From positions 1,558 to 65,557 of the forward strand of contig CP175956.1 of assembly GCA_046116545.1 (NCBI GenBank): 64,000 bases of DNA. The letters run 5' to 3'. Origin of the DNA: Candidatus Moraniibacteriota bacterium (GTDB lineage: Bacteria > Patescibacteriota > Minisyncoccia > Moranbacterales > GCA-2747515). Shown piece after piece: positions 38,155 through 47,943 of this stretch (position 1 is the stretch's first letter; each line of letters opens with the position of its first letter). The position numbers and the translations under genes are program-made. The notes under the pieces are model-generated. The model had not been told where the DNA came from. It made no database searches and saw only the letters and a list, made by a program, of their open reading frames with translations.

Positions 38155-39141
38155 TTATTTACTTTTTTTCAAATAATATATTTTTGGCTCTTTATCCATA
38201 TTTACAGTACTGCCCCACTCTCTATTAATTTCTGATATTCTTTTGATAATATCACCGTCAAGGAATGAAGGGTCTACAATTCTAGACTTAACAATGATTT
38301 GTTCACAATTGCTTTCACCTTTTTTGCAAATATTAATCTCTGAATTATTCATATACTCCCATAATTCTGCTAATTTTTTGTCATTTGCTAAGTGTTTGTT
38401 TATTTGATTAATCACTTCTTTATCTGTAACAAATAAGTCCGTGTGTGTTATATAATTCCTCTTTGCTGCATATTTAATCCAATCACTAGTTCGTTTAAAC
38501 ATTGCCGCTGTTTCTTTATTTGAGTAATATATATCATTTAATTTTTTAAAAAGTTTTGCATATTTAAATGCTGCTTCATAACTATTAAATACCCATTCAT
38601 TATTATTAACTTTTAAATTATCCAAAAAGTAATCTATTTTATCTGTATTCATTTTGATATAATGAAAAGCGCCTCTCAAAGAATAATCAATCCTATCAGC
38701 ACATAAATCAGGTAATTCATTTTCTTGTAGTGGAAAGTTATTTTCATTTAAAATATAATCAACATCATAATTATATTTTTTTAAAATCTCTGGAATTTTT
38801 GTTTGTCTTACAAAATCTTCAAATATATCATCTTGATAATTATGATCAGCTCCTCTACCAGAATCAAAAACATAATCAGCTGTATGTGAAAAAGCACTGT
38901 GAGATATATCATGTATCAATCCAGCAATTTGCTCTTCTATTGATGCTCCAAATTTTTTAAGCAAAATATAGCAACCTACAGAGTGTTCAAATCTCGAATG
39001 TTTTGTGCCTGGGAAATACACATCAAAATAACCTGCCTGATCAATGCCTATCAACCTTTGAAAATCAGAAGATTCTATAATTTCAATAATAACTTTTTCA
39101 GTTATATTAATCTTTCCGTAAATTTTATCTGTATATTTCAT
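38155..39141 (-). CDS. HD-domain phosphohydrolase
   Basis: 328 aa. Motifs HSRFEHSVGCY and LIHDISHSAFSH (H...HD) resemble dNTP-triphosphohydrolase-like HD proteins. Confidence 0.65.
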   Translation of the reverse strand: MKYTDKIYGKINITEKVIIEIIESSDFQRLIGIDQAGYFDVYFPGTKHSRFEHSVGCYILLKKFGASIEEQIAGLIHDISHSAFSHTADYVFDSGRGADHNYQDDIFEDFVRQTKIPEILKKYNYDVDYILNENNFPLQENELPDLCADRIDYSLRGAFHYIKMNTDKIDYFLDNLKVNNNEWVFNSYEAAFKYAKLFKKLNDIYYSNKETAAMFKRTSDWIKYAAKRNYITHTDLFVTDKEVINQINKHLANDKKLAELWEYMNNSEINICKKGESNCEQIIVKSRIVDPSFLDGDIIKRISEINREWGSTVNMDKEPKIYYLKKSK

Positions 39142-39186
39142 AAAAAATAAATCCGAGCTTTCACTCGGATTTTATAAATACTCCAA

Positions 39187-39459
39187 TTATTCTACAACAG
39201 CTATTAAATCTTCATTTTTAACCATAACGTATTCTTCATTGTCAATTTTAATTTCTTCACCACCATATTTTTTAAACATCACAACCTGTCCTTTTGTTAC
39301 AGATATTTTTTCATCATTTCCAATCTCCATAACTTTGCCCTGTTGTGATTTTTCTTCTGTTACTGTGTCAGGAATATAAAGACCTGAGGCAGTTTTTGTT
39401 TCTGGAGTAACTGGTTTAACTAATACATTGTCTCCTAATGGTGTAACTTTTGTACTCAT
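39187..39459 (-). CDS. groES: Co-chaperonin GroES (no groEL adjacent)
   Basis: 90 aa. MSTKVTPLGDNVLVKPVTPETKTASGLYIPDT...GQVVMFKKYGGEEIKIDNEEYVMVKNEDLIAVVE. The promoter is TTGACC-16-TATAAT at 39494-39521. Confidence 0.85.
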   Translation of the reverse strand: MSTKVTPLGDNVLVKPVTPETKTASGLYIPDTVTEEKSQQGKVMEIGNDEKISVTKGQVVMFKKYGGEEIKIDNEEYVMVKNEDLIAVVE

Positions 39460-39575
39460 AAATATATTAAATAATACTTAATTAACTTAAATTATTATAG
39501 CAAACATCAACACTCGGTCAAGTTATATGAAAAGGTTCACATACACACTGTGTAGATGAACCTTACTTTTTGACA

Positions 39576-39821
39576 CTAAAAACATGACCCTAAAATCCGC
39601 CTATTACAAGAACAATTATCATTTGAACATCCAAAACATGCCCACACATCTTCAGTAGTCGCATTATCTATACATTTTTTAGATATATCCATGCAACTCA
39701 GTGGTACAAAAACATCACTATGTATCGGTTGTACAAATGATTCAAGTTCCTTTTCATTGATTACTGCAAATGCATCATTCATTGCAATTCTCCTCAAAAG
39801 CTTTTGGAATTTTGATATCAA
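39576..39821 (-). CDS. Hypothetical small Cys-rich protein
   Basis: 81-aa ORF 5 nt downstream of the protease gene. It is followed by the terminator IR AAGGTTCATCTACAC-AGT-GTGTATGTGAACCTTTT at ~39540-39572. Confidence 0.35.
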   Translation of the reverse strand: MISKFQKLLRRIAMNDAFAVINEKELESFVQPIHSDVFVPLSCMDISKKCIDNATTEDVWACFGCSNDNCSCNRRILGSCF

Positions 39822-39826
39822 ATTTT

Positions 39827-41092
39827 TTACTGCCCTATCTTTTCTAACATTATTTCAATAGCCTTGTCAAGTTGTGGATCTGTTTCATTCTTATAATCCT
39901 CACTTGTATATTCAATTTCTACATCTGGCTTAATCCCAATTTCATTTATCTGCTCTCCACTTGGAGTTAACCATTTAGCAACTGTTATTTTTGCTGCAGT
40001 TGATGAACTAGTTGGCACTAATTCTTGAACCGAACCTTTTCCAAATGATTGCTTGCCCACTATTGTCACATCATCACGATTATCTCTGAGTGCTCCAGCA
40101 AGAATCTCTGACGCACTAGCACTTCCTTCATTTATGAGTATCACTACAGGTGTTTTTTCAAATGGGTGTGCACCTGTTGTATATAAATTAGTTCTATTAT
40201 CTTGTGCATCTTCTTCCATTACCACAACAGCATTACTTGGTAAAAATTTACTTGCTACAACTACTGCCGTATGCAATATCCCGCCTGGATCATTTCTTAC
40301 ATCAAGTATAATTCCTTTTGATTCTTTCTGTCTTATTTGTGCAATTATCTTATTAAATTCTTTTATAGTATCTTCACCAAACTGCATCAACTTAACATGA
40401 GCTATATCATTATCTAAAAATTCAACACGTATACTATCAATATGAATAGTATCCCTTATAACAGTTATGTCTTTTGTCTCAGTATTTTCACCTTCCAATC
40501 TAAAAATCTTTAAATGCAATTCAGTTCCTTTTTCCCCTCGCATTTTCTTAACAGCCTCATCTATAGTTAGATCAGCAGTAGTTTCACCTTCAATTTCAAT
40601 AACCTTATCGCCAGCTCGTAAGCCCGCAATTTGAGCTGGTGATTCTTCTAGTGGCGTAATTATAGTTAATATATTATCCTTAATACCAACTTCAGCTCCT
40701 ATACCTTCAAAACTTCCATTCAATTCTTCATTCAATGCTGCGAATTGTTCTTCATCTAAAAAAGTGGTATATGGATCACCTGTTGCACTAAGCATTCCAT
40801 CAATTGCTCCATTTATCATGTCTTGTGCTTCCAAGGTATCATGATCAACATATTTTTCCTTCACTAAATCCCACACATCCCAAAACAATGTGAAATCGAC
40901 TTCTTCATTTCCAGCCTTATTTTCAATAACCGCCAAGTCAAAAGGCACTGGAGCTGCTTGCTGCTTTTTGCCAATGCTAAACCCTACTATAAAAAATATA
41001 GCTGAGAAAAAAATGGCTGAGAAAACTATCAGAATACGTGATGAACCTTTTTTTGTATTTTGTATATTAAAATCTTGCTCAAATTGTTTCAT
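39827..41092 (-). CDS. Carboxy-terminal processing peptidase (S41 family, CtpA-like) with a PDZ domain and an N-terminal membrane anchor
   Basis: 421 aa. S41 motifs LINEGSASASEILAGAL and GKQSFGKGSVQ; a PDZ domain is present. Confidence 0.8.
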   Translation of the reverse strand: MKQFEQDFNIQNTKKGSSRILIVFSAIFFSAIFFIVGFSIGKKQQAAPVPFDLAVIENKAGNEEVDFTLFWDVWDLVKEKYVDHDTLEAQDMINGAIDGMLSATGDPYTTFLDEEQFAALNEELNGSFEGIGAEVGIKDNILTIITPLEESPAQIAGLRAGDKVIEIEGETTADLTIDEAVKKMRGEKGTELHLKIFRLEGENTETKDITVIRDTIHIDSIRVEFLDNDIAHVKLMQFGEDTIKEFNKIIAQIRQKESKGIILDVRNDPGGILHTAVVVASKFLPSNAVVVMEEDAQDNRTNLYTTGAHPFEKTPVVILINEGSASASEILAGALRDNRDDVTIVGKQSFGKGSVQELVPTSSSTAAKITVAKWLTPSGEQINEIGIKPDVEIEYTSEDYKNETDPQLDKAIEIMLEKIGQ

Positions 41093-41101
41093 AAAAATAT
41101 A

Positions 41102-41923
41102 TTAATATAATGTTTTAGTAGTTTTTGGTGCAGGCCGGTTTTTGTATTTCTTGAAATATTTTATTCCACTTGAAATATGTACCCACGTTAATTTATTGAA
41201 TAATAATCCTTTAAGTCCACCTTTAGCACTTCCTTTTCCATAAAAATGGAACATGGTTATTTGTGGATTATAACACACGATAAATCCCTTTTCCCAAAAT
41301 CTCCTACACCAGTCCACATCTTCCATGTACATGAAAAAGATATTATCCATTTTCCCAACTTTTTCCATGGCACTTTTCCGCACAAACATCGCACTCCCAA
41401 TCACCCAATCAACTGGATATGGTTCATCTTTTCTGATATCTTCCATTTCAAAATTGGCTAAATGTTTTTTTGCAAATTCAAAATTCTTGAGAAATGTCCT
41501 GCGATACAAAATGGTTTGTGGCTCATAAAACCTAAATCTAGTATTCTCATATTTACCATTAAAGTTTTTTTGCTTCGGACCAGCAAGACCTACTTTTGGA
41601 TGAGCATCCATAAATTTTATAAAATCTCCAACTGTATCTTTTTCCAAAACTGTATCAAAGTTTATAAAAAATATATATTCACCAGTAGCTTTTTCAATAC
41701 ATGCATTAACCATTTTTCCAAAACCCACATTTTCTTCATGTGGTATAAAAATAACATCTGGAAAATCCTCTTTCATCATCATTTTTGTATCCTCACCAGT
41801 CTCTCCATCCGCAACTATTGCCTCATAGTCAAAATCAGCACAATATTTTTGCACTGATTTGAGACAAAGTGATAACATCTCAGGATTTTTATAGCTTTGT
41901 ACTGCAATAGAAACTTTTGGCAT
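41102..41923 (-). CDS. Family 2 glycosyltransferase
   Basis: 273 aa. VSIAVQSYKNPEMLSLCL...IVADGETGEDT, a GT-A DxD-type protein. Confidence 0.75.
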   Translation of the reverse strand: MPKVSIAVQSYKNPEMLSLCLKSVQKYCADFDYEAIVADGETGEDTKMMMKEDFPDVIFIPHEENVGFGKMVNACIEKATGEYIFFINFDTVLEKDTVGDFIKFMDAHPKVGLAGPKQKNFNGKYENTRFRFYEPQTILYRRTFLKNFEFAKKHLANFEMEDIRKDEPYPVDWVIGSAMFVRKSAMEKVGKMDNIFFMYMEDVDWCRRFWEKGFIVCYNPQITMFHFYGKGSAKGGLKGLLFNKLTWVHISSGIKYFKKYKNRPAPKTTKTLY

Positions 41924-41934
41924 TGTAATGCTAA

Positions 41935-43113
41935 CTAAATTATACTTGCAAACATTTCACGAATCTTATCATAGGTATCTCCTCTTGGCATAAGTATATA
42001 CCCTCTTTCATCTCCTTCATGAGAATAAAGAAGTCCTTCTTCTGAATTTTCAAGCACCTTATGCTCTACCTGCATATTAGTATCCATTTTTTGATACAAA
42101 TCAAAGAATCTTTGCATTTCCCACAATTCCATATCTGTATTCATATTCCCACTAACTGCTCCAAACAACTCTTGCACTTTCCCAAAATCAGTTAAGACAC
42201 CCATTGAAAGAGCTTTCTTTTTTATTTGACCTATAACATCCTGTTGTCTACGTGCTCTATCAAAATCACTTGATGTAGTTCTAGCTCGTACATAGCAAAG
42301 CGCTTTTTCTCCATCCAAAATTGAAATACCTGCTGGCACAGTAAATACTCCACCACACTCTTCTGTTTCATTATAACAAAGCGGATATTGAGCAACTACT
42401 TTCCCTCTATGATCTATCTTTGATTCAAAATTTCCACTCTTTACAGTAAATACTCCACCATTGGCACCATCACAAACTTTTTCTTCATGAAATTGTATTG
42501 GTTCAATAAATTGCTCTGCTAAATCAACCTCAACTCCACCTAGAGTATCCACAACCTCTTTGAATCCTGCAAAATTAACTTCTGCTCCATAATGAATTCT
42601 CTGACCAGTTATGTCTTCAAGGACTTGTTTCATTGCCTCAATTCCTTGTCCATCGCCTTTTTCTTCTCCATAGTGATATACACTATTGATTTTCATATTT
42701 GATGTTGTTCCTGGCATCGTCACATACAAGTCACGAGGCACTGAAACCATCGATGCCTTATAAGTATCATCACCTTCTGGATTTTCTTGTTTTTTGATAC
42801 TCACTACCATTATAGTATCCGCAAGAGTTCCTCCACCAGCAACGCCCTTACCACGCATTCCTAGAAACATTATATTGATACGTCCTTCTTCCTCACCATC
42901 AAGTTTATTTTCAACCATCGGCAAACTTTTTGCAATAGAACCTAATATATTACTATTTGGAGCTACTTTATCAATAACTTTCACAGCAGCAAATGCACAA
43001 CCTCCCAACAAAAAAACAACTATCACTGAGATAATAATCCATTTCTTTTTATTTCCACCATCTTTATATTTGGAACTATAATTCGTTGATGTTCCTGCCC
43101 TTTTTCTCATCAT
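41935..43113 (-). CDS. LytR-CpsA-Psr (LCP) family cell-envelope phosphotransferase
   Basis: 392 aa. N-terminal TM segment followed by the LCP domain (NIMFLGMRGKG...DTIMVVSI...VSVPRDLYV). Confidence 0.7.
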   Translation of the reverse strand: MMRKRAGTSTNYSSKYKDGGNKKKWIIISVIVVFLLGGCAFAAVKVIDKVAPNSNILGSIAKSLPMVENKLDGEEEGRINIMFLGMRGKGVAGGGTLADTIMVVSIKKQENPEGDDTYKASMVSVPRDLYVTMPGTTSNMKINSVYHYGEEKGDGQGIEAMKQVLEDITGQRIHYGAEVNFAGFKEVVDTLGGVEVDLAEQFIEPIQFHEEKVCDGANGGVFTVKSGNFESKIDHRGKVVAQYPLCYNETEECGGVFTVPAGISILDGEKALCYVRARTTSSDFDRARRQQDVIGQIKKKALSMGVLTDFGKVQELFGAVSGNMNTDMELWEMQRFFDLYQKMDTNMQVEHKVLENSEEGLLYSHEGDERGYILMPRGDTYDKIREMFASII

Positions 43114-43132
43114 ATTAATATATTACTAAAAA

Positions 43133-44260
43133 CTAAATTGATAAATAAATTTCCTTCATTTTTTCAGCTGACTTTTTCCATGAAAATTTATTTTGTTGCT
43201 CTGCCGAAGCACTTAAAGTCACTTCTCTTATATTATCATTAACCAAAGCATCATACAATGTTTTCATGCATTGGTCAATGTCACACGGATCAAAATATAA
43301 AACCCCTGCACCACCAACTTCTCTATGTGGAGCAATGTCACTTGCCACAACAAGTGTATCTGCCTTAAATGCTTCTAATATTGGCACACCAAATCCCTCG
43401 TATAATGATGGAAATGCAAATACTTGTGCATTTTCAAATATGCTGAATTTATCTATTTCGTCCACGTAACCAGTAAAAATAACCTTTTCTTTTATTTCTG
43501 GGTATTTATCAATTGACTGTTGAATCTCATTATCAAAATTATGTGATTTTTTACCGACAAGTACAAGATTTATATCTTCAATTTCTTTATCTACTAATTG
43601 TGCAAAAGCATCTACAAGAAATGGGATGTTTTTACGTGGTTGCATTGTCCCAAGTGCTAAAATATATTTTTTTGGTAAATTATACTTTTTTTGTATGATG
43701 CTATAGTCCTGTCCTGTTCTCTCAATACTAACTGCATTATGTACTACAGCAATCTTTTCTGCTGGTATTTTATAGTATTTTATAATTTCATCCTTTGTGA
43801 ATTGTGATACTGCAATAATTTTATCAGATTTATTTAGAGCTCGTGGTATAAGGTGATTAAGAAAAAAAGCATCTTTTTTTGAAATTAATTCTTTATGCAC
43901 TTTAAAAGAAATATCATGAATGTGCGTAACAATTTTTGTATCAACTGGAACAAAAAATGGAATTATATATTGTGTATGATAAATGTCTATACATTCTTGT
44001 ATACAATACCTAGACACCTTATATCCATTCCACAAAAACTTATTTCCACTACCTAGCTGAACAATCGTGAAGTTTTTCTTATTTTCTATACCAAACTTCT
44101 TTACAATTTCGGTAATTTCATCATGACTTCTATTGTCTATAAGTAATCTATAATCATTTTCATCATCGATAAGTGCAAGGCTCCGAACCAACTCAAAAAA
44201 CACTACCTCATCACCGGTGCGCCCCTTACCAATATTTCGTATATCTATTGCTATTTTCAT
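43133..44260 (-). CDS. Family 4 (GT-B) glycosyltransferase
   Basis: 375 aa. C-terminal EX7E-type motif FPSLYEGFGVPILEAF. Confidence 0.75.
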   Translation of the reverse strand: MKIAIDIRNIGKGRTGDEVVFFELVRSLALIDDENDYRLLIDNRSHDEITEIVKKFGIENKKNFTIVQLGSGNKFLWNGYKVSRYCIQECIDIYHTQYIIPFFVPVDTKIVTHIHDISFKVHKELISKKDAFFLNHLIPRALNKSDKIIAVSQFTKDEIIKYYKIPAEKIAVVHNAVSIERTGQDYSIIQKKYNLPKKYILALGTMQPRKNIPFLVDAFAQLVDKEIEDINLVLVGKKSHNFDNEIQQSIDKYPEIKEKVIFTGYVDEIDKFSIFENAQVFAFPSLYEGFGVPILEAFKADTLVVASDIAPHREVGGAGVLYFDPCDIDQCMKTLYDALVNDNIREVTLSASAEQQNKFSWKKSAEKMKEIYLSI

Positions 44261-44268
44261 AAACTTTT

Positions 44269-44829
44269 TTATTTCAAAAATTCACTAATTTTTTGATTTA
44301 ACTGTTTATAGTCTACATTATCAAAATTTGTTGTATCTACCTCAATTAATTCTCCTGGGATATCTAATGCCTTATTTTTACCTCCAGTATTTTCTACAAT
44401 TTCTAAATTTTCATTATCCATATGTCCCTTATGACGACTATTTTTTACATTTCTATTGTCCCATCTTTTTTCAAATCTCTCACGTATTATGTTTTTTTGT
44501 GCATAAAAATTAAATTGTAAAAACTCACAGTCATATTTTTCCATTTTTTTATTCAAAACATTGCTAGCAAATTCTCTATCAAAATTACCTTCAATAACAT
44601 GTGCAACATCTGTACGCATCAATTGCTCTGTGATTTCATATAATAATTCAAAACTAGCCATACCAAATTTACGACTAAGATCTCTATTTTCTACACCAAC
44701 ATAATCAAATAAAAGCTCTTTGAGTGAATCTTTTGAAAATAAAGGTAAATTGAACTTGTTCCCAACTTTTTGAGCAAATACTGTTTTACCTGAAGCTGGT
44801 ACACCTGTAACAACAATAATCTTTGACAT
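44269..44829 (-). CDS. P-loop NTPase/kinase-like protein (AAA-type small kinase)
   Basis: 186 aa. Walker A IIVVTGVPASGKT. Confidence 0.55.
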   Translation of the reverse strand: MSKIIVVTGVPASGKTVFAQKVGNKFNLPLFSKDSLKELLFDYVGVENRDLSRKFGMASFELLYEITEQLMRTDVAHVIEGNFDREFASNVLNKKMEKYDCEFLQFNFYAQKNIIRERFEKRWDNRNVKNSRHKGHMDNENLEIVENTGGKNKALDIPGELIEVDTTNFDNVDYKQLNQKISEFLK

Positions 44830-44927
44830 TCTTTTATAATTAAATATCTATTATTCACTATACCAAATTTTTTACAAAAAAGAAAAACAGGATTGCATGT
44901 TATACAATCCCGTTTATTTAAAAAGTT

Positions 44928-45230
44928 CTACCACACTCTAATCATATTAGGAACTGACCCTTTTAATCGCAACTCTTTTGCTGTTTCTGCTGTAAACTGT
45001 TGCCGTATGATTCCCGACTGTACACTACGTGCACAAAATGGACGTGAACCGCCAATGCCCGATTCGATGATGCATTGATGAATTGAGCCTCCAATAAATA
45101 CATCAACTTCCGCACCATGCAATAAACTATCTTTTGGCGTTGCTTTATCAATGCCAGATCCAACTATGCTTTGATGCACACTATTCCTGTGAAAAATAGA
45201 TTCTTGATTACATGATAATCTTCCTGACAT
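44928..45230 (-). CDS. Hypothetical beta-helix repeat protein (hexapeptide/bactofilin-like pattern); possibly a fragment
   Basis: 100 aa with a hexad periodicity: IVGSGI DKATPK DSLLHG AEVDVF IGGSIH QCIIES GIGGSR. Confidence 0.25.
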   Translation of the reverse strand: MSGRLSCNQESIFHRNSVHQSIVGSGIDKATPKDSLLHGAEVDVFIGGSIHQCIIESGIGGSRPFCARSVQSGIIRQQFTAETAKELRLKGSVPNMIRVW

Positions 45231-45279
45231 TATAACTACCTCCTTTTGTAGAGTTATATATCATTTTTTAGAATTGATA

Positions 45280-45552
45280 CTACCTAGATAACTTCATACT
45301 CAAAGCCTCACCTCCACTAAGCATTCTTGCAACTTCTTCACTAAAAAGCACAATTACTTCTCCACTCTCCAAAGATCTAACTTGAAATGCTGGTGGGTGA
45401 GTGCATTTTTTATGTTTTTGAACTCTCTCTGAGCTATTAATACCTAGCTCAATTACACATTGTTGTGAAACATTACCATTTGAAACAATAACTTCTTTAC
45501 CTACTAAATTTACACATGCAAAATCTATCATTATGACAAATCTCCTGTACAA
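45280..45552 (-). CDS. Hypothetical beta-helix repeat protein (paralogous pattern QCVIELGINSS), possibly a fragment
   Basis: 90 aa. LVGKEV IVSNGN VSQQCV IELGIN. Confidence 0.25.
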   Translation of the reverse strand: MYRRFVIMIDFACVNLVGKEVIVSNGNVSQQCVIELGINSSERVQKHKKCTHPPAFQVRSLESGEVIVLFSEEVARMLSGGEALSMKLSR

Positions 45553-45594
45553 CCTTTTTTAATAAGAACTACGTTTTTAATGTAATTAATTATG

Positions 45595-47145
45595 CTACAT
45601 TTTCCTCAAAATTGCAATGCTTCCAAAAAATACCCAAACAAATCCAAGTAATAAACCTGCATTAAATAAATTTGGCACAATTATTGCAACAACTCCGAGT
45701 AATGCAAAGATTGCAACTGATTTCTCCCTCATATTTGTAGATATTTTCAAAACTTTAATTGCGAAGATGCTAACTGTACAAAAAAACATTATTAACATTA
45801 TTACTCCCAGAATACCTATAGATAGTGTTGTTTCCAAAAATATATTACTGGCATTCAGAGGTGTACCACTCTCATCATTGCCAAGTATTTTGTTACTACT
45901 TCCCCATCCATATCCGAACCATGGCTTTAACTTAATTTTTTCTAATACCTGATTATATACATCTGTTCGGACCGATATATTTGGATCTATTCTATGTATT
46001 TTTATCACCTCATTTCCAATTGATATTTCACTATCTATTTCCTCCAAGTTTATATGTCGACAATTATATTGCGTCAACTCACTCACATCATTAATTTTTG
46101 TAGGGATAGTGCCTTGTGCCTGTCCATTAGATACACAAGAAATAGTAATTTCTTGTAATCCCGTGTTTGTACTTTGTAATCTATTTCCAAGTTCAAATGT
46201 AGTTAAGCTAAATGCAAATACGATAATTAAACCAAGTAGTGCAGTACTAAAAATCCAAAATACGTGCTTAGCAAATAACTTATACTTTTTCTGAAAAAAC
46301 AACATGATGCCATAAACTATTATGACTGCAGCTACACCAACCCAAGCACTACGAGCAACAGTAATTATAAGTGCTGTGAAAAAAATAGTCATTGTCCCAA
46401 ACAGTGCAATATCAAAAAATTTCCAAATATGTTTGTGATACGTGTTGTAATACAAATAAGCTAACGCTGTCGCAATTAAAAATACAATATAAACACCTAG
46501 CCAATCAGGTTCTGCAAATGTTGCATTTGGTCGTCCTGGCATAATTTCCATATGATTTCCACCAGATTTATACAAAATATTTTGTGCTATAGCATACAAA
46601 CTAATAACAACTCCACTAGAAATTATTATCGGAAATAATGCTAATATATCTTTTTTATTTCTTACAAAAATTCTTGTTATGTAGTACAGAAATGCAAAAG
46701 AAGCTACTACAATAGTTTGTTTTGCAGAAGCTTGCGTGTCTATAAATAAAATATTAATAAAACCAATTAAAACAAAAAGTCCTATAAACGTATCAAAAAT
46801 ATTCCAAAGCATAAATCGCTGCATGGAATTCCCAACTGCCTTACGAAGTACGACAGCAACGAAAAGAATCACCCCAATCAATTGATAAGGTCTCACCATC
46901 AAATCAATATTGTTTGTGGAGATATCTATTATTTCAAGTGGTATAACTCCCACGAAAAGTACAAAAGCAATAATAGGATTGTATAGAGCAACAGCAAATA
47001 TAACAGCAACTGCTATCGAAAATTCAATCAAAGAAATACTACTGAGAAATCCAAAATGATACAAAAAAATCAAACCTGCAACAACAATTACATTTGCAAC
47101 AGTTAATATTCTCTTGTGTGATGTTAATATATTCATTATTGACAA
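45595..47145 (-). CDS. Polytopic membrane protein, O-antigen ligase/polymerase (Wzy_C)-like
   Basis: 516 aa with >=10 TM helices and a large external loop containing PWFGYGWGSS, in a glycosylation locus. Confidence 0.5.
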   Translation of the reverse strand: MSIMNILTSHKRILTVANVIVVAGLIFLYHFGFLSSISLIEFSIAVAVIFAVALYNPIIAFVLFVGVIPLEIIDISTNNIDLMVRPYQLIGVILFVAVVLRKAVGNSMQRFMLWNIFDTFIGLFVLIGFINILFIDTQASAKQTIVVASFAFLYYITRIFVRNKKDILALFPIIISSGVVISLYAIAQNILYKSGGNHMEIMPGRPNATFAEPDWLGVYIVFLIATALAYLYYNTYHKHIWKFFDIALFGTMTIFFTALIITVARSAWVGVAAVIIVYGIMLFFQKKYKLFAKHVFWIFSTALLGLIIVFAFSLTTFELGNRLQSTNTGLQEITISCVSNGQAQGTIPTKINDVSELTQYNCRHINLEEIDSEISIGNEVIKIHRIDPNISVRTDVYNQVLEKIKLKPWFGYGWGSSNKILGNDESGTPLNASNIFLETTLSIGILGVIMLIMFFCTVSIFAIKVLKISTNMREKSVAIFALLGVVAIIVPNLFNAGLLLGFVWVFFGSIAILRKM

Positions 47146-47291
47146 ATTATTTAAAATATAGTATATTTATCTGTTAGTATTTTAACATAAACGTTCAGTA
47201 AAGAAAATCTTTACCTAAACACATACAATAACATTTATTATATATTAATCTACTATTCTAACGAATTAGAATATATCTTAAGGAGCTTGAA

Positions 47292-47654
47292 ATGAAATTG
47301 CTAACACCTACAGATTTATTTCAGAAAAAACAGGAAGAAAAGATGTTTACAATAGTGAGTGGACTTAGTTCCAGCATCAACACCGAACTTGAGATTGCAT
47401 TTGATGAAAATTCTCTTAAGAAGATTGATATGAAAGAAATTACGGCTAAAGTTGATATCAATTCACCAGTAAACGAACTGCAACCACTTAGAGAATCTAT
47501 TACTCTTACTATCAAAGCTATTTGTGAAGAAAGTGAATGGGTTATCATTCCCTACGTAGAAATCTTTATCAACCCTGGACCAAACGGCTATAAATCTTCA
47601 ACAATTACTCTGAGAGGCAATTTCAGACCGAAATCAACCACATTAGATAAATAA
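47292..47654 (+). CDS. Hypothetical protein
   Basis: 120-aa ORF with an RBS AAGGAG 6 nt upstream. Confidence 0.45.
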   Translation: MKLLTPTDLFQKKQEEKMFTIVSGLSSSINTELEIAFDENSLKKIDMKEITAKVDINSPVNELQPLRESITLTIKAICEESEWVIIPYVEIFINPGPNGYKSSTITLRGNFRPKSTTLDK

Positions 47655-47724
47655 CATAAAACCAGCACACATTACACAATAATTGTATTAATGTCCCTGC
47701 TGGTTTTTTATTTATCTTTAAGTA

Positions 47725-47758
47725 GCAACTAGGTCGCTAAACCTAGCGACCTAGTTGC
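47725..47758. repeat. Perfect 15-bp-stem hairpin (GCAACTAGGTCGCTA-aacc-TAGCGACCTAGTTGC) in a convergent intergenic region
   Basis: Seen directly in the sequence. It has no flanking U-tract on either strand. Confidence 0.6.
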
Positions 47759-47848
47759 TGTATTGCTATAATATTTCAACACGCAAAACAATCTTTATGC
47801 CATGAAGGTCGACACTGGGTTGGACCTTGTCCTAAATATCTTTAATTA

Positions 47849-47918
47849 TGTAGGGACGCCCCTTGTGGGTGTCCTAGTTGTTACAATAAAAAAGACAGGC
47901 ACAAGACCTGTCACTACA
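47849..47918. repeat. 70-bp element with 10-bp terminal inverted repeats (TGTAG[G/T]GAC[G/A]...TGTCACTACA) and two internal hairpins, copy 1 (MITE/REP-like)
   Basis: About 85% identical to 58223-58294; intergenic. Confidence 0.7.
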
Positions 47919-47943
47919 TTCTATATCACTAATAAGTTTTATC

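Noticed and set aside
39540-39572. Inverted repeat upstream of the groES promoter considered as a CIRCE/HrcA or HAIR heat-shock operator
   Set aside because: The sequence (AAGGTTCATCTACAC-AGT-GTGTATGTGAACCTT) does not match CIRCE (TTAGCACTC-N9-GAGTGCTAA). It sits immediately after the stop of the upstream gene and is followed by a T-tract, so it is best explained as that gene's terminator.
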